A DNA stretch of 64,000 nucleotides from Comamonadaceae bacterium. GTDB taxonomy: Bacteria > Pseudomonadota > Gammaproteobacteria > Burkholderiales > Burkholderiaceae_C. Positions 24,597 to 35,002 of the stretch are shown in pieces; the first letter of the stretch is position 1; each line of letters begins with the position of its first letter. The DNA is taken from positions 2,275 to 66,274 of the forward strand of contig JAABPX010000001.1 of assembly GCA_011391745.1 (NCBI GenBank), written 5' to 3'. Both the position numbers and the translations under genes were made by a program. The notes beneath the pieces were generated by a model that made no database searches, was not told the origin of the DNA, and saw nothing but the letters and a program-made list of their open reading frames with translations.

Positions 24597-25205
24597 TTAG
24601 CGTCGGTCCACCAAGGCGTGGGCAATCGTGCCCAGATCCACATACTCCAGTTCGCTGCCCACGGGCACACCCCGAGCCAAGCGCGTGATGCGAATACCCC
24701 GGTCTTTGAGGCCTTGTGTGATGACATGGGCGGTGGTCTCACCCTCTGCAGTGAAGTTGGTGGCCAAAATCACTTCGCGCACCTCGGTTTGCCCATCGGG
24801 GGCCAAGGCATCTACTCGATCAAACAAGGCCTTAATGCCAATGTCTTTGGGCCCCACGCCATCGAGCGGACTGAGCTTGCCCATCAACACAAAAAAGAGC
24901 CCTTGGTAAGCCCCCGTGCGCTCCAGCGCGTCCTGATCGGCTGGGGTCTCCACCACACACAGCAGCGCACGGTCGCGACGTGTGTCTGAGCAGGTGGGGC
25001 ACACCGCTTCTTCGGTGAAGGTGTTGCAGCACTGGCAATGCCCCACACGATTCACCGCATGCAGCAACGCCGCTGACAGGCGCTGTGCTGCGGCGCGGTC
25101 GTGTTGCAGCAAGTGAAAGGCCATGCGCTGCGCCGACTTCACCCCCACACCCGGCAACACCCGAAGGGCTTGCACCAAGGTCTCCAAGGCGTGGTGGTTG
25201 GCCAT
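24597..25205 (-). CDS. recR: Recombination mediator RecR
   Basis: [12 protein letters not shown]4 zinc finger, Toprim VET..D, EVILATN.T.EG. Confidence 0.97.
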   Translation of the reverse strand: MANHHALETLVQALRVLPGVGVKSAQRMAFHLLQHDRAAAQRLSAALLHAVNRVGHCQCCNTFTEEAVCPTCSDTRRDRALLCVVETPADQDALERTGAYQGLFFVLMGKLSPLDGVGPKDIGIKALFDRVDALAPDGQTEVREVILATNFTAEGETTAHVITQGLKDRGIRITRLARGVPVGSELEYVDLGTIAHALVDRR

Positions 25206-25208
25206 CGC

Positions 25209-25541
25209 TCAGAAGGGCAGCTTCATGCCACCGGGCAAGCCCGGCATACCCGCCGTGATTTTGCCCATGCGTTCTTGCGAGGTGGCCTCGACCAAACGCA
25301 CCGCATCGTTGATTGCAGCGGCCACCAAGTCCTCCAACATCTCTTTGTCATCGCTGAGCAAGCTCGGGTCAATGGTGATGCGGCGGACTTGGTGTTTGCA
25401 GGTCATCAAGACCTTGACCATGCCCGCGCCCGATTCGCCAGTGACCTCCACGTTGGCCAGCTCATCTTGGGCTTTTTTCAGGTTGTCTTGCATGGCTTGG
25501 GCTTGCTTCATCAGGCCCGCGAGTTGTCCTTTGTTGAACAT
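25209..25541 (-). CDS. ybaB: YbaB/EbfC nucleoid-associated protein
   Basis: [27 protein letters not shown]; lies between dnaX and recR. Confidence 0.95.
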   Translation of the reverse strand: MFNKGQLAGLMKQAQAMQDNLKKAQDELANVEVTGESGAGMVKVLMTCKHQVRRITIDPSLLSDDKEMLEDLVAAAINDAVRLVEATSQERMGKITAGMPGLPGGMKLPF

Positions 25542-25562
25542 GGTTTTCCTTTAAATAAACAA

Positions 25563-27230
25563 TCAAAGATCCGTGGACTGCAAAGAGCCCGGTACGATTT
25601 TCCCGCCGTAGTCGCGCATGAGCGTTTGAACGAAAGGGTCGCTGAGGATGGTTTCTTCGGCCCGGCGTTGGCGTTCGGTTTGCATCGCCAACAAGCGCCG
25701 TGCTGGCGTGTCTGTCACAGCACCCAACTCCACCTGTAAGGTGACCGCATAACCCACATGGTTGAGTGCCAGCATCAAACGGTCGAGGTTGTTGGGTTGG
25801 TTCAGCGATGCGCGCTCCAGACGCAAAACCCAACGATCCGCGTCTTGGCTCACCAACTGGGTCTGCAGAGCCAATTCGCGGGTCATGGCCGTGATGGCCT
25901 CAGTGTTCAACAGGGCCGAGACGGTGTCGAACCAAAAATCACCTTCCGCGGTGCGGGCAGCGCTGTCCACCGAGGCCGCCTCGGGCTCGGGCTCGGGCAC
26001 GTAAGGCTGGGGTCGGTCACGGCGGTTGGGGGTGCCTTGCTCGCGCACCGCAATGGCCACCACCGCCGGGGGCGCGACCTTGGCCTCAATCGGCGCTGGC
26101 GGCGATTTTAGGCTTTTTTTTTCCGTCGGTTTAAAGGCCAGCAAACGCAGCAGCACCATGGTGAGTGCGGCGTACTCGTCGGGAGCCAAACCCAACTCCT
26201 GGCGACCGTGCAAACACAGGCTGTAGAGCAATTGGGTCTCATCGGCTGGCATGGCTTGGGCCAACGCCGCGACTTGCGGCGCATCGGGGTCGCTCGGATC
26301 GGCCTCGTGGGCGCGTTCGGGCACCGCTTGAACCACCGCCATGCGCTGCAGCACCATGCCCATGTCTTCCAAGGTGGCGGCAGCACTCAAGCCATTGAGT
26401 CGCAAGGTGTCGATGGTGCTGAGCAAGGCCGCCCCATCGCCGCTGGACAAGGCTTCGATCAAACGGAACACGTGGCTGCGGTCAACCGCACCGAGCATGT
26501 GGCGCACGGTGTCTTCTTGCAATTGACCACCACCAAAGGCGATGGCTTGGTCGGTGAGCGAGAGCGCATCGCGCATGGAGCCCCGTGCCCCGCGGGCAAT
26601 CAAACGCAAGGCGCCCACCTCGGCGGCCACACCCTCGGCTTGCAAGACCTGTTGCAGGTGCTGCAAGACCGTGTCGGGCGGCATGGGCCGCAGGTTGAAT
26701 TGCAAACAGCGCGAGAGCACGGTCACTGGCACTTTTTGCGGATCGGTCGTGGCCAGCACGAACTTGAGGTATTCGGGCGGCTCTTCCAAGGTCTTGAGCA
26801 TGGCGTTGAACGCATGCCCCGTGAGCATGTGAACCTCGTCAATCATGAAGACCTTAAAGCGCCCTTGCACCGGTTTGTAGACGGCTTGTTCGAGCAGCGA
26901 CTGCACCTCGTCCACGCCTCGGTTGGACGCCGCGTCGAGTTCGGTGTAGTCCACAAAGCGCCCGGCGTCAATGTCGGTGCAGGCTTGGCACACGCCACAC
27001 GGCTCAGCGGTGATGTCGCCGTGGCCATCAAGGCCCAAACAGTTGAGCGATTTGGCCAAGATGCGCGAGACGGTGGTTTTGCCCACCCCCCGCGTGCCCG
27101 TGAACAAATAGGCGTGGTGCAAACGCTGGGAGGTCAGTGCATTGGTCAGGGCCTGCACCACATGGCCCTGCCCCACCATTTCGGTGAAGTTGCGCGGGCG
27201 GTATTTGCGGGCCAAGACGACGTAAGACAT
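25563..27230 (-). CDS. dnaX: DNA polymerase III subunit tau/gamma
   Basis: LARKYRP, GTRGVGKTT, DAASNRGVD, IDEVHML, SRC, GSMRDALS. Confidence 0.98.
   Translation of the reverse strand: MSYVVLARKYRPRNFTEMVGQGHVVQALTNALTSQRLHHAYLFTGTRGVGKTTVSRILAKSLNCLGLDGHGDITAEPCGVCQACTDIDAGRFVDYTELDAASNRGVDEVQSLLEQAVYKPVQGRFKVFMIDEVHMLTGHAFNAMLKTLEEPPEYLKFVLATTDPQKVPVTVLSRCLQFNLRPMPPDTVLQHLQQVLQAEGVAAEVGALRLIARGARGSMRDALSLTDQAIAFGGGQLQEDTVRHMLGAVDRSHVFRLIEALSSGDGAALLSTIDTLRLNGLSAAATLEDMGMVLQRMAVVQAVPERAHEADPSDPDAPQVAALAQAMPADETQLLYSLCLHGRQELGLAPDEYAALTMVLLRLLAFKPTEKKSLKSPPAPIEAKVAPPAVVAIAVREQGTPNRRDRPQPYVPEPEPEAASVDSAARTAEGDFWFDTVSALLNTEAITAMTRELALQTQLVSQDADRWVLRLERASLNQPNNLDRLMLALNHVGYAVTLQVELGAVTDTPARRLLAMQTERQRRAEETILSDPFVQTLMRDYGGKIVPGSLQSTDL
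26108..26122 (-). other. A9 slippery run in dnaX with a nearby out-of-frame stop (putative gamma-subunit frameshift site)
   Basis: Minus strand GAA AAA AAA AGC CTA A: nine A's. Loss of one A gives EKKA-stop at codon 374. Confidence 0.65.
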
Positions 27231-27264
27231 GGGGTTGATTCTAGCCTTGGCCTACAATCGGTCC

Positions 27265-27360
27265 TGACGAGCCTTCCCGCATGGTCAAGCGGCCAACCGG
27301 GTCAGGTGGGGAACCAAGCAGCCCTAACCGTGGAGTCAGTGCCGGGGTCAAGGCTCGTCA
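27265..27360 (+). ncRNA. ffs: Signal recognition particle RNA (4.5S)
   Basis: GGTCAGG-TGG-GGAA-CCA-AGCAGCC domain IV core; perfect 11 bp closing helix TGACGAGCCTT/AAGGCTCGTCA; upstream TACAAT; downstream T tract; adjacent to dnaX. Confidence 0.95.
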
Positions 27361-28659
27361 CCTTTTTTCGCTGAGCCAGCGCCGAGCGCCTTGGCCAGCC
27401 ACCACCCCGCTGGCCCAAGCGGCGGTGAGCAAATAGCCCCCCGTGGGCGCCTCCCAATCGAGCATTTCCCCCGCCCAAAACACACCAGGGTGTTGGCGTG
27501 ACATCAATTCAGGCGTGAGCGATTCCAAACACACACCACCGGCGGTGCTGATGGCCTCATCAATGGGGCGCGGACGCCACAAGCGCACGGGCAGGCGCTT
27601 AATGGCCTGTACCAGCCGCTGCGGATCTTGGCGTTCGTCGGCGCTCAGGCATTCGTTGAGCAAGGCCGATTTCAGGCCATCGAGGCGCAGACGGCTCTTC
27701 AAATGGCTGGACAGGCTGCGCGAGCCGCGCGGGTGCATGACTTGTGCCAACACGTCCTCAGCGCGCCAGTCCGGCAAAAGATCCAAATACACCGTGAGCT
27801 CACCGCCGTGCAAGGCCTCGCGAATGCCCGCCCCCAAGGCGTACACCAAGCTGCCTTCGATGCCGTGTTGGGTGATCACCATTTCACCGCGCCGCTGCAC
27901 GGCTGCGCCATCCAAGCCCGGCGCGTGCAAGGCCACCGTTTTAAGTGGCTGGCCGGCAAACCGCTCGACCAACCAAGGGCTCCAACCCGTGCCCGCGTGG
28001 GCGGCTGTGCCCGCCACCTCAAAACCCACATTGGCGGCTTGTAAGGGCGCCAAGGCCACGCCCAAGGCCGAAGCCCACGACACCCACGCGCCATCCGAGC
28101 CCAAACGCGACCAACTCGCCCCGCCCAAGGCCAAGACCGTGGCGCGGGCACGCACCGTGCGAGGGCCTTGCGGTGTCTCAAACGCCCAATGGCCATCTGC
28201 GCCCAAGCATTGCCAGCCCAAGCAACGGTGCCGCATGTGAAATTGCACCGCCTCGCCCCCGGGTGCGGGGTGTCGCAAGCGCTGCAGCCAAGCCCGCAAC
28301 AAAGGCGCGGCCTTCATATCGGTGGGGAAGACGCGGTTGGAACTGCCGACAAAGGTCTCGATGCCCAAGCCCTGCGCCCAGTCGCGAATCGACGCAGGAC
28401 TCCACTGGCGCAACCAACTGCCCACCGTGCCCGCACGCGGCCCAAAGCGTTTCACAAACGCGGGCAAGTCTTCGGCGTGGGTCATGTTCAAACCGCCTTT
28501 GCCCGCCAGCAACAACTTGCGCCCGACCGAGGGCATGGCGTCGAACACATGCACCGACACACCGGCCGCCGACAACACCTCGGCGGCCATCAAACCGGCG
28601 GGGCCCGCGCCAATGACGGCCACGTCCACATCCAGCGCATGGGGCTGCGCGGCACTCAT
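27358..28659 (-). CDS. HI0933/BaiN-family flavoprotein (TIGR03862 type)
   Basis: IGAGPAGL, GRKLLLAGKGGLN, EAISTAGGV, AGEMLDWEAPTGGYLL; ATGA overlap with addA. Confidence 0.9.
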   Translation of the reverse strand: MSAAQPHALDVDVAVIGAGPAGLMAAEVLSAAGVSVHVFDAMPSVGRKLLLAGKGGLNMTHAEDLPAFVKRFGPRAGTVGSWLRQWSPASIRDWAQGLGIETFVGSSNRVFPTDMKAAPLLRAWLQRLRHPAPGGEAVQFHMRHRCLGWQCLGADGHWAFETPQGPRTVRARATVLALGGASWSRLGSDGAWVSWASALGVALAPLQAANVGFEVAGTAAHAGTGWSPWLVERFAGQPLKTVALHAPGLDGAAVQRRGEMVITQHGIEGSLVYALGAGIREALHGGELTVYLDLLPDWRAEDVLAQVMHPRGSRSLSSHLKSRLRLDGLKSALLNECLSADERQDPQRLVQAIKRLPVRLWRPRPIDEAISTAGGVCLESLTPELMSRQHPGVFWAGEMLDWEAPTGGYLLTAAWASGVVAGQGARRWLSEKR

Positions 28660-31600
28660 GCCCACCCGCCGTCCCCCGCTATTTCCAGCAACTGGCCTTG
28701 TGGGTTGATGAACGCCAAACGCACCGTGCCGATGTCGGGCACGGCCCGCAAGGCCTGCGCATAGCCCTGCATCTGTGCCCGCAATGCGGTTTGGGTGTGG
28801 GGCGTGTGCGCGCTTTTGTAGTCCAGCACCCACCACTGACCCGTCTCACGCTCGCGAACCAATCGGTCGATGCGCAAGGTTTGGCCTTGGTGACTGAGTG
28901 AGACCTCGTTGAACCACTCGCTCACGCGCCGCATGTCCCACGCCCACGCCGCCTCGCCTTGACACACCCCACGTGCCATCGTCAGCGCTACATCGGCCTG
29001 CGCCGCGTCCAATTCAAATTCACGCGCCACGGCTTGCACTTGGGCGTGCGACCAATCAAAACCCGCATCCGGTGTGGGCCGCCACTCGAGCAAGCGATGC
29101 ATGGCCAAACCCATACGCGCTTGCAGATCGTCGCTGCCCAACACACCGTGGCGGGTTTGCCGGGCTTGTGCCCGCTCGGCCCAAGCCGTCAATACGGATG
29201 TGTCCACCGTGGGTACGGCCCAACCCTGCACACGGCTTGGCAAAGCGGCCACCGCGCTGTCCATGTCCGCCACCGCGACTGGCTCTGCCCCTTGGCTCAA
29301 ACGCTGCCACCAACTGATGTGGCTTTGGTTTTGGTGAGGCTCCACACACGACAAGACCAAGCGGGTTTCGGCACGCGTGACCGCCACGTACAAGGCGTTG
29401 AGTTCTTCGACGGCGCGCGCGGCTTGTTCTTGGCCCATCAACGCTTGGGTGCATTCGGGCGGCGCTTGTTCACGCGCCAAAAACACCAAACGCGACGGCG
29501 CGGGATTTTCGCCGGGCCAGTCCACCAGCACCGCCATCGTGGCGGGCTTGGCGGGCAAGGCGTCGGTGTCGAGCATGAGCACGGTGTCGGCTTCCAAGCC
29601 CTTGGCGCCGTGAATGGTCAACAAACGAATGGCCCCGGGCGTGTGGCTCGGCGTGGCCTTGTTGCCTTCGGCCTTGAGTGCGCGCACCAAGCGGTACATG
29701 CTCAAAAAACGGCCCCGGTCTTGGGCCAAGGACTGTGCCAAGACGTCGCGTAAGCTGCTCTCGGTGGCGGCGCGCAAGCGCGGGGCGACCGATTGGGCGT
29801 AGCGTTGCAAGACCTGCAAGTCCTCAAAAATGGCCGACAGCGCGTCGTGCGGTGGCCACTGCAACACCCAGCCTTGGTATTGGCGCAAACGTTCAGCCAC
29901 TTCCGCCCAGCCCCACGACGCGGCGTGGGTTTGCAAGAGATCCCACCAAGCGCTGTTGGGCGCGCGCCGCTGCGCGGCGGCCAAGCGGGCCAAGTCGGCA
30001 TCGGACAAGCCAAAGAGCGGTGACTTCAAGGCCTGGGCCAAGCTCGCGTCGTGGTGGGACGAGACCAGTACATCCAGCAAGGCCACCACGTCTTGCACCG
30101 CAGGGGCATCTTTGAGCTCCCGTTGCTCGGGTTGTTCGCTGGCCAAACCGACATCGCGCAAAGCCTCGTGCATCAAGCCCAAACGCTCGCGCTTGCGCGA
30201 CAACACCATCACCCGGTCGGCACTGAGCTCACCCGCGTCGATGCGCTGGCGCAACCAGCGCGCGGCTTGGCGCGCCTCTTGGGCTTTGATGGTGTCCTCC
30301 AACTCGCGCAGCGGCGTGCCCAGGCTGTCGCGCCACTCGGCGGGGGCATCGCTGGCTGCGGCCTTGGGCGGGCGCTCGACCACGGGCAAACGCAGCACCG
30401 CACCCTGGGCGGTGCTGTGGGTGGTGTGTGCTCGAAAATGTGCGGCGTATTCGCCCGCTTGCACGGCTTGCGCCATGGCGGTGTTGAGCAAGGACACCAC
30501 GGCGGGGGCACAACGGCGGGTGTGGTCGCAACTGAGCACATCACCGCCCAAACCTTCGACAACAAAGGCTTGTGCCGCCAAGAAAACCTGCGGCTCGGCG
30601 CGGCGAAAACGGTAGATCGATTGCTTGGGGTCACCCACCAAAAACACGCTCGGTGCCTCGCCCGAACCCGCGCCGACATAAGCCGATAACCAGCCGTACA
30701 AGGCCTGCCACTGCAAGGGGTTGGTGTCTTGGAACTCATCAATCAACAAATGGCGCACCCGCGCATCCAAGCGCTGCTGCAACCAACCCGAGAGTTCGGC
30801 ATCGGACAAGAGCCGTTGGGCCGCGCCTTCGATGTCGTTCATATCGACCCACGCGCGTTCGTGTTTGAGTTGTCGATACGTTGTCAGCAAGACCCGCGTC
30901 AAACGGGCCATGCGCTGGTGGTGCAGCCAAGCTTGGTGCTGGCGGTGAGCACGCCAACACTCGGCCAGTTCGGGCTCGGCGGCTTTGGCCGCGTCGAACT
31001 TCTCCAAGTTTTTGCTCAGCCGGTCTTCTTTTTGGATGAACAGGGCTTTGCGCAGCTGCGCCAAGCGTTGCGCCTGTTCGCTGGGGCTGTCCCCCAACTC
31101 AAAGGCTTTGACGATTGACTCGGCGGCTTTGCGCGGGGTGACATTGCCCTCGGCCCCCAAGGCCTTGGCCCACGCCAGCCAGCGCTCACGCACCGTTGCC
31201 GAACTGAGCGCGGCTTCGGGTGTGGGCCATTGGGCATAAGCGGGGAAGCGTTGCGCAAAGGTCTGCACCGACGTGTCCACCACACCGTGGGCGTCGGCCA
31301 AAGCGAACTCCACGCGCTTGCGCAACGCCTCGATCAGTGCTTTTTCGGTGCTGCTGCGGCCAAACAAGACCACGGTCTGTGTGTGGTCGTGGTGCGCCTG
31401 CGGGTTGTTTTTCAGTGCACCGTAAAACAGCGGCAGCAAGAGCGGGATGGCCTTGCCATCGTCTTCAAGCAACTCGTATTGGAGCGGCAACTCCAAGGCC
31501 TGCACCACCGAGACCGGGGCGTTACGCAAGAGTGCGCCAAACCAGCTGTGAAAGGTGCGCACCTGCACCGGGCGGCCACTGGCGAGAACCCGGGCGGCGA

Positions 31601-31943
31601 GCTCGCGCACCGGTTGCGCCCAAGCGCTGGCTTGTGGTTCGGGCACACCCCGGTCCCTCAAGGCCTGAAGGGCTTTTTCTTCGCTCATGTCTTCGAATTC
31701 CGCCAAGGCCTCACCCAAACGCTTGCGCATGTCGGCGGCGGCCTTTTTGGTGAAGGTGATGGCCAAGATGTCTTGCGGCTCAGCACCTTCGAGCAAAGCG
31801 CGCACGATGCGCGCGATCAGCATCCACGTCTTGCCCGCGCCCGCACAGGCCTCCACGGCCACCGAACGTCGGGGGTCGCAAGCACGCGCATAAAACTCGG
31901 CCACGGGCACAGCGCGGCCATTGATTTGAAATGCGGCGCTCAT
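28656..31943 (-). CDS. addA: AddA-like UvrD/RecB-family helicase-nuclease
   Basis: VEACAGAGKT, ITFT, IDEFQDT, VGDPKQSIYRFR, LTIHGAKGLE, YVAVTRA; C-terminal RIDRLV...LDYKS nuclease. Confidence 0.9.
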   Translation of the reverse strand: MSAAFQINGRAVPVAEFYARACDPRRSVAVEACAGAGKTWMLIARIVRALLEGAEPQDILAITFTKKAAADMRKRLGEALAEFEDMSEEKALQALRDRGVPEPQASAWAQPVRELAARVLASGRPVQVRTFHSWFGALLRNAPVSVVQALELPLQYELLEDDGKAIPLLLPLFYGALKNNPQAHHDHTQTVVLFGRSSTEKALIEALRKRVEFALADAHGVVDTSVQTFAQRFPAYAQWPTPEAALSSATVRERWLAWAKALGAEGNVTPRKAAESIVKAFELGDSPSEQAQRLAQLRKALFIQKEDRLSKNLEKFDAAKAAEPELAECWRAHRQHQAWLHHQRMARLTRVLLTTYRQLKHERAWVDMNDIEGAAQRLLSDAELSGWLQQRLDARVRHLLIDEFQDTNPLQWQALYGWLSAYVGAGSGEAPSVFLVGDPKQSIYRFRRAEPQVFLAAQAFVVEGLGGDVLSCDHTRRCAPAVVSLLNTAMAQAVQAGEYAAHFRAHTTHSTAQGAVLRLPVVERPPKAAASDAPAEWRDSLGTPLRELEDTIKAQEARQAARWLRQRIDAGELSADRVMVLSRKRERLGLMHEALRDVGLASEQPEQRELKDAPAVQDVVALLDVLVSSHHDASLAQALKSPLFGLSDADLARLAAAQRRAPNSAWWDLLQTHAASWGWAEVAERLRQYQGWVLQWPPHDALSAIFEDLQVLQRYAQSVAPRLRAATESSLRDVLAQSLAQDRGRFLSMYRLVRALKAEGNKATPSHTPGAIRLLTIHGAKGLEADTVLMLDTDALPAKPATMAVLVDWPGENPAPSRLVFLAREQAPPECTQALMGQEQAARAVEELNALYVAVTRAETRLVLSCVEPHQNQSHISWWQRLSQGAEPVAVADMDSAVAALPSRVQGWAVPTVDTSVLTAWAERAQARQTRHGVLGSDDLQARMGLAMHRLLEWRPTPDAGFDWSHAQVQAVAREFELDAAQADVALTMARGVCQGEAAWAWDMRRVSEWFNEVSLSHQGQTLRIDRLVRERETGQWWVLDYKSAHTPHTQTALRAQMQGYAQALRAVPDIGTVRLAFINPQGQLLEIAGDGGWA

Positions 31944-34561
31944 GCCGGTGTCTCCCAAAAATCTTTGCGGCACAAGCCCCGCGCCCGACAGTGTTCACAG
32001 GCCGCGCCCTCGCCCAAGGCCGGCAAGGCGTGGCCTTGCTCGATGCGACCCAAGTCGGCTTGAACGCCAGCGAGCAGCGCGTCTCGGGCCGCTTCAATGT
32101 CGGCTTGTTCGACCATGGCCGTGGCCTTGTCGACCCCTTGTGTGCGCCCATCGCTCAAACTGAGGTAACCCGCGCGCAAAGGCCCCTTGGGCAGCAGGGC
32201 GGCATAAAAGGCGAGTTGTGTGTCTTCAAAGGGGTTTTTCACGCGCCGATGGGTTTTTTCAGGACGCTCGGATTTGTAGTCCATGACCCAGTCGGCCATG
32301 CCCTCGTCGGTCAGCACCCGGTCGATGCGGTCGAGTTCACCCACCAAGGTGTAGGGTCCGGCACGCGCTGTCAAGCGGACCTCTGCGCGGTCAAAACTGG
32401 CTTGGGCTTCATGCCCTGGCAGCCACGCCAAATACCCCTCGCGCACCGCCGGCCAAACGGCCAGGTACGGCACAAAGCCACCGGCCTGTGCCAGGCCCAT
32501 CTCGGCCAAGGTGTCTTGTGCGCAGCGCTCCAAAGCCACTCGGTCGGCATCCGGCCTTGCGCGGGTGTCGCCCCGGGTCTCGTGAAACGTCTTGAGGGTG
32601 CGGTGCAAAAAATTGCCCCAATCGCGGGCATCGGGTTGGGCTTCGAGTTCCTCGGGTAGGCTCAAGCGCAGCGAGCGCAAGGCAAAAAATCGGTAAGGGC
32701 AATCGCGCAAATCTTGGTAAGCGCTGGCCGACAAGGCCTCGGGCAACAAACCCTGGGCCGTCGGCGTGGGCGGCGCGGCAACGCACAAGTCACCCGCCCA
32801 GGTTGCCCTCGGCTCAGGCCCCCGCACCAACAGCGACTGGCGCTGCGCGGCCAAGACCCACGCGCTGGGCAAGCGCACGTCACCGCCGTCTTGGGTGCGC
32901 CACAGCACATCGAGCTGCGGCTGGGCAAGCAGCACCCGCCAGGCGGACAAGGCCGTGTGAGCCAAGTCGGCGCGCGAGGGCAAGCCCAAGGCGGCGCGCT
33001 GGGCGGGCGTCCACTGGCCCGGCACATCGGGGCTGGGGTTGAGGTTGAGTTCGTCACAGCCCGGCACCACCACGGCAGCAAAGGTGCGCCCCAGCAGCTG
33101 GGCCATGGGCAAGACCACCACCGACGCCTCGGATTGACGCGGCGGTGCGTAACGGGTGGCTTCCAACACATCGCGCACCCACGCGGTGAAGGCTGAGAGC
33201 GAAAGCATGGCGTGCGGGCGCTGAGTGCCCGCGACCGCCGCCGCCGCCTCGGCCAACTCAAGCAGCCCTTGCCCCGCCCCTTTGGATAAGCGCAAGGCAC
33301 GCAAAAGCGCTTGGCCCGCACTGTCGTGCAAGAACACCGCCCACAAACCACAAGCCTCCAACGCGGTGGCCACGTCTTGCAACCATTGGGACAAATCGCG
33401 CGATGCTTGCAAACCGTGCAAGACCGCCAATGCCCCTTCGGGCCACCGTTCAGGCGCGCCGCGTTGGGCCGCGCTGACCGAAGCCCAACGGTGGCGACGG
33501 GCACCCTGCTCCAAGGCCATGACCTGGCCCGGGGCATACGCCGGCGCACTTTTTAACCAATCCAAAGCCTCATCCATGCGGGCTGTGGGCGCGGCAGCGC
33601 GCAGCAGCCCCAACAGCGCGGCCGCCGCCCGTGTGGTTGACAACATCCACCCCGTTTCATCGCGCAAAACCACCGACTGGGCTTGCAGCAAAGCGCTGAC
33701 CCGGCGCGTGAGCAAACGGTCGTTGGCCACCAAAGCCACCGGCAATCGGCCTGAGTTCAGGTGGCGCACCACACAGGCCGCCGCACGTTGGGCTTCGTCT
33801 TCGGCGTCTTCGCAGGCGTGGCCTTTGGCCTCCCGCGCGGGCGGGGTATCGCCCCACAAAGGCCAACGCATGGTGCGATCACCCCAATGCACGGCCAGCG
33901 CCTCCACCAAGGGGTCGCTTTGCAAACCGGTGAGCACCACCAAGGCGTCGGCGCACCCGCCGGGTGCCATGCTCGGCCCCCACAAAACGTCGGTGGCGTA
34001 AGCCGAGGTACTGGCCCACAACACCGCGAGCTGCGAAACCCAAGCCTCCCACTGCAAAGAAGGCGGCATGGGCGGCCACTGCGCTTGCACAGCGCGTCCC
34101 CATTCGGCCCGAGCCTTGGGTGCCACCGCCGCGGCCACCGCTGCGATTTGCTGCGTCGATTCGATGAGCCGACTGGCCATGAGCGAGGTCATGCCGGGTT
34201 TTAATTCGGTCCGTCCTGTGCGTTGGACCCACGCTTGCGCCACCCAAACGTCGCGGGCCCAATCGCCACTAAAGTCTATGCTGCCGGGTTCAAAGGCTTG
34301 GGCACCACTGGCCCATTGGCGGGTGGTCAGAAACTGAGGCACAAAACCCGAGGGCTGAACCTGAGCCCAAGCGACACGGGCCTCGGTCATGAGTTGGGCA
34401 TAAGGCACCAACACCACGGTACGCGCCGGATTGATTGATCGCGCCTGCAAGTCCTTTGCCAAAGCCCGCATGCAACACTGCCAGTGTTGTGCCGAGGGGT
34501 GATCCGATGGGATGACAAAGGGGTCGGCGTCGGTCGTCATGGTCAGGGGGGTTTCTGTCAC
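31940..34561 (-). CDS. addB: AddB-like PD-(D/E)XK nuclease with Fe-S staple
   Basis: LSASAYQDLRDCPYRFF, GELDRIDR...MDYKS, CEHC...C; ATGA-coupled to addA. Confidence 0.85.
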   Translation of the reverse strand: MTETPLTMTTDADPFVIPSDHPSAQHWQCCMRALAKDLQARSINPARTVVLVPYAQLMTEARVAWAQVQPSGFVPQFLTTRQWASGAQAFEPGSIDFSGDWARDVWVAQAWVQRTGRTELKPGMTSLMASRLIESTQQIAAVAAAVAPKARAEWGRAVQAQWPPMPPSLQWEAWVSQLAVLWASTSAYATDVLWGPSMAPGGCADALVVLTGLQSDPLVEALAVHWGDRTMRWPLWGDTPPAREAKGHACEDAEDEAQRAAACVVRHLNSGRLPVALVANDRLLTRRVSALLQAQSVVLRDETGWMLSTTRAAAALLGLLRAAAPTARMDEALDWLKSAPAYAPGQVMALEQGARRHRWASVSAAQRGAPERWPEGALAVLHGLQASRDLSQWLQDVATALEACGLWAVFLHDSAGQALLRALRLSKGAGQGLLELAEAAAAVAGTQRPHAMLSLSAFTAWVRDVLEATRYAPPRQSEASVVVLPMAQLLGRTFAAVVVPGCDELNLNPSPDVPGQWTPAQRAALGLPSRADLAHTALSAWRVLLAQPQLDVLWRTQDGGDVRLPSAWVLAAQRQSLLVRGPEPRATWAGDLCVAAPPTPTAQGLLPEALSASAYQDLRDCPYRFFALRSLRLSLPEELEAQPDARDWGNFLHRTLKTFHETRGDTRARPDADRVALERCAQDTLAEMGLAQAGGFVPYLAVWPAVREGYLAWLPGHEAQASFDRAEVRLTARAGPYTLVGELDRIDRVLTDEGMADWVMDYKSERPEKTHRRVKNPFEDTQLAFYAALLPKGPLRAGYLSLSDGRTQGVDKATAMVEQADIEAARDALLAGVQADLGRIEQGHALPALGEGAACEHCRARGLCRKDFWETPA

Positions 34562-34618
34562 AATGCATTCATTGAGCGCAAACTGTAACCTCCTTGTTCA
34601 ACGTTTTTAGGATGAATC

Positions 34619-34951
34619 ATGGCGAATGACCTGATCAAACACGTTTCCGACACCTCCTTCCAAGCCGACGTGCTGGAATCAAAAGCCCCCGTGTTGGTGG
34701 ACTTTTGGGCCGAGTGGTGCGGCCCATGCAAAATGATTGCCCCCATCTTGGACGACATCGCCAACGCCTACCAAGGCAAATTGCAAATTGCCAAGGTCAA
34801 TGTGGACGAAAACCGCGACGTGCCTGCCAAATTCGGCATCCGCGGCATCCCCACGCTCATCTTATTCAAAGACGGCCAAGTTGCCGCCACCAAAGTGGGT
34901 GCCCTGACCAAGGCCCAACTCACCGCTTTCATCGACCAGCAATTGGCTTGA
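34619..34951 (+). CDS. trxA: Thioredoxin 1
   Basis: [17 protein letters not shown]. Confidence 0.98.
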   Translation: MANDLIKHVSDTSFQADVLESKAPVLVDFWAEWCGPCKMIAPILDDIANAYQGKLQIAKVNVDENRDVPAKFGIRGIPTLILFKDGQVAATKVGALTKAQLTAFIDQQLA

Positions 34952-34966
34952 AGCTATTGGCGTGGT

Positions 34967-35002
34967 GGCTGGCACGTCACTTGCGCCAGCCCCCTATTTT
35001 TT
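34967..35002 (+). terminator. Possible intrinsic terminator after trxA
   Basis: GGCTGGC...GCCAGCC stem followed by CCCTATTTTTT. Confidence 0.5.
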
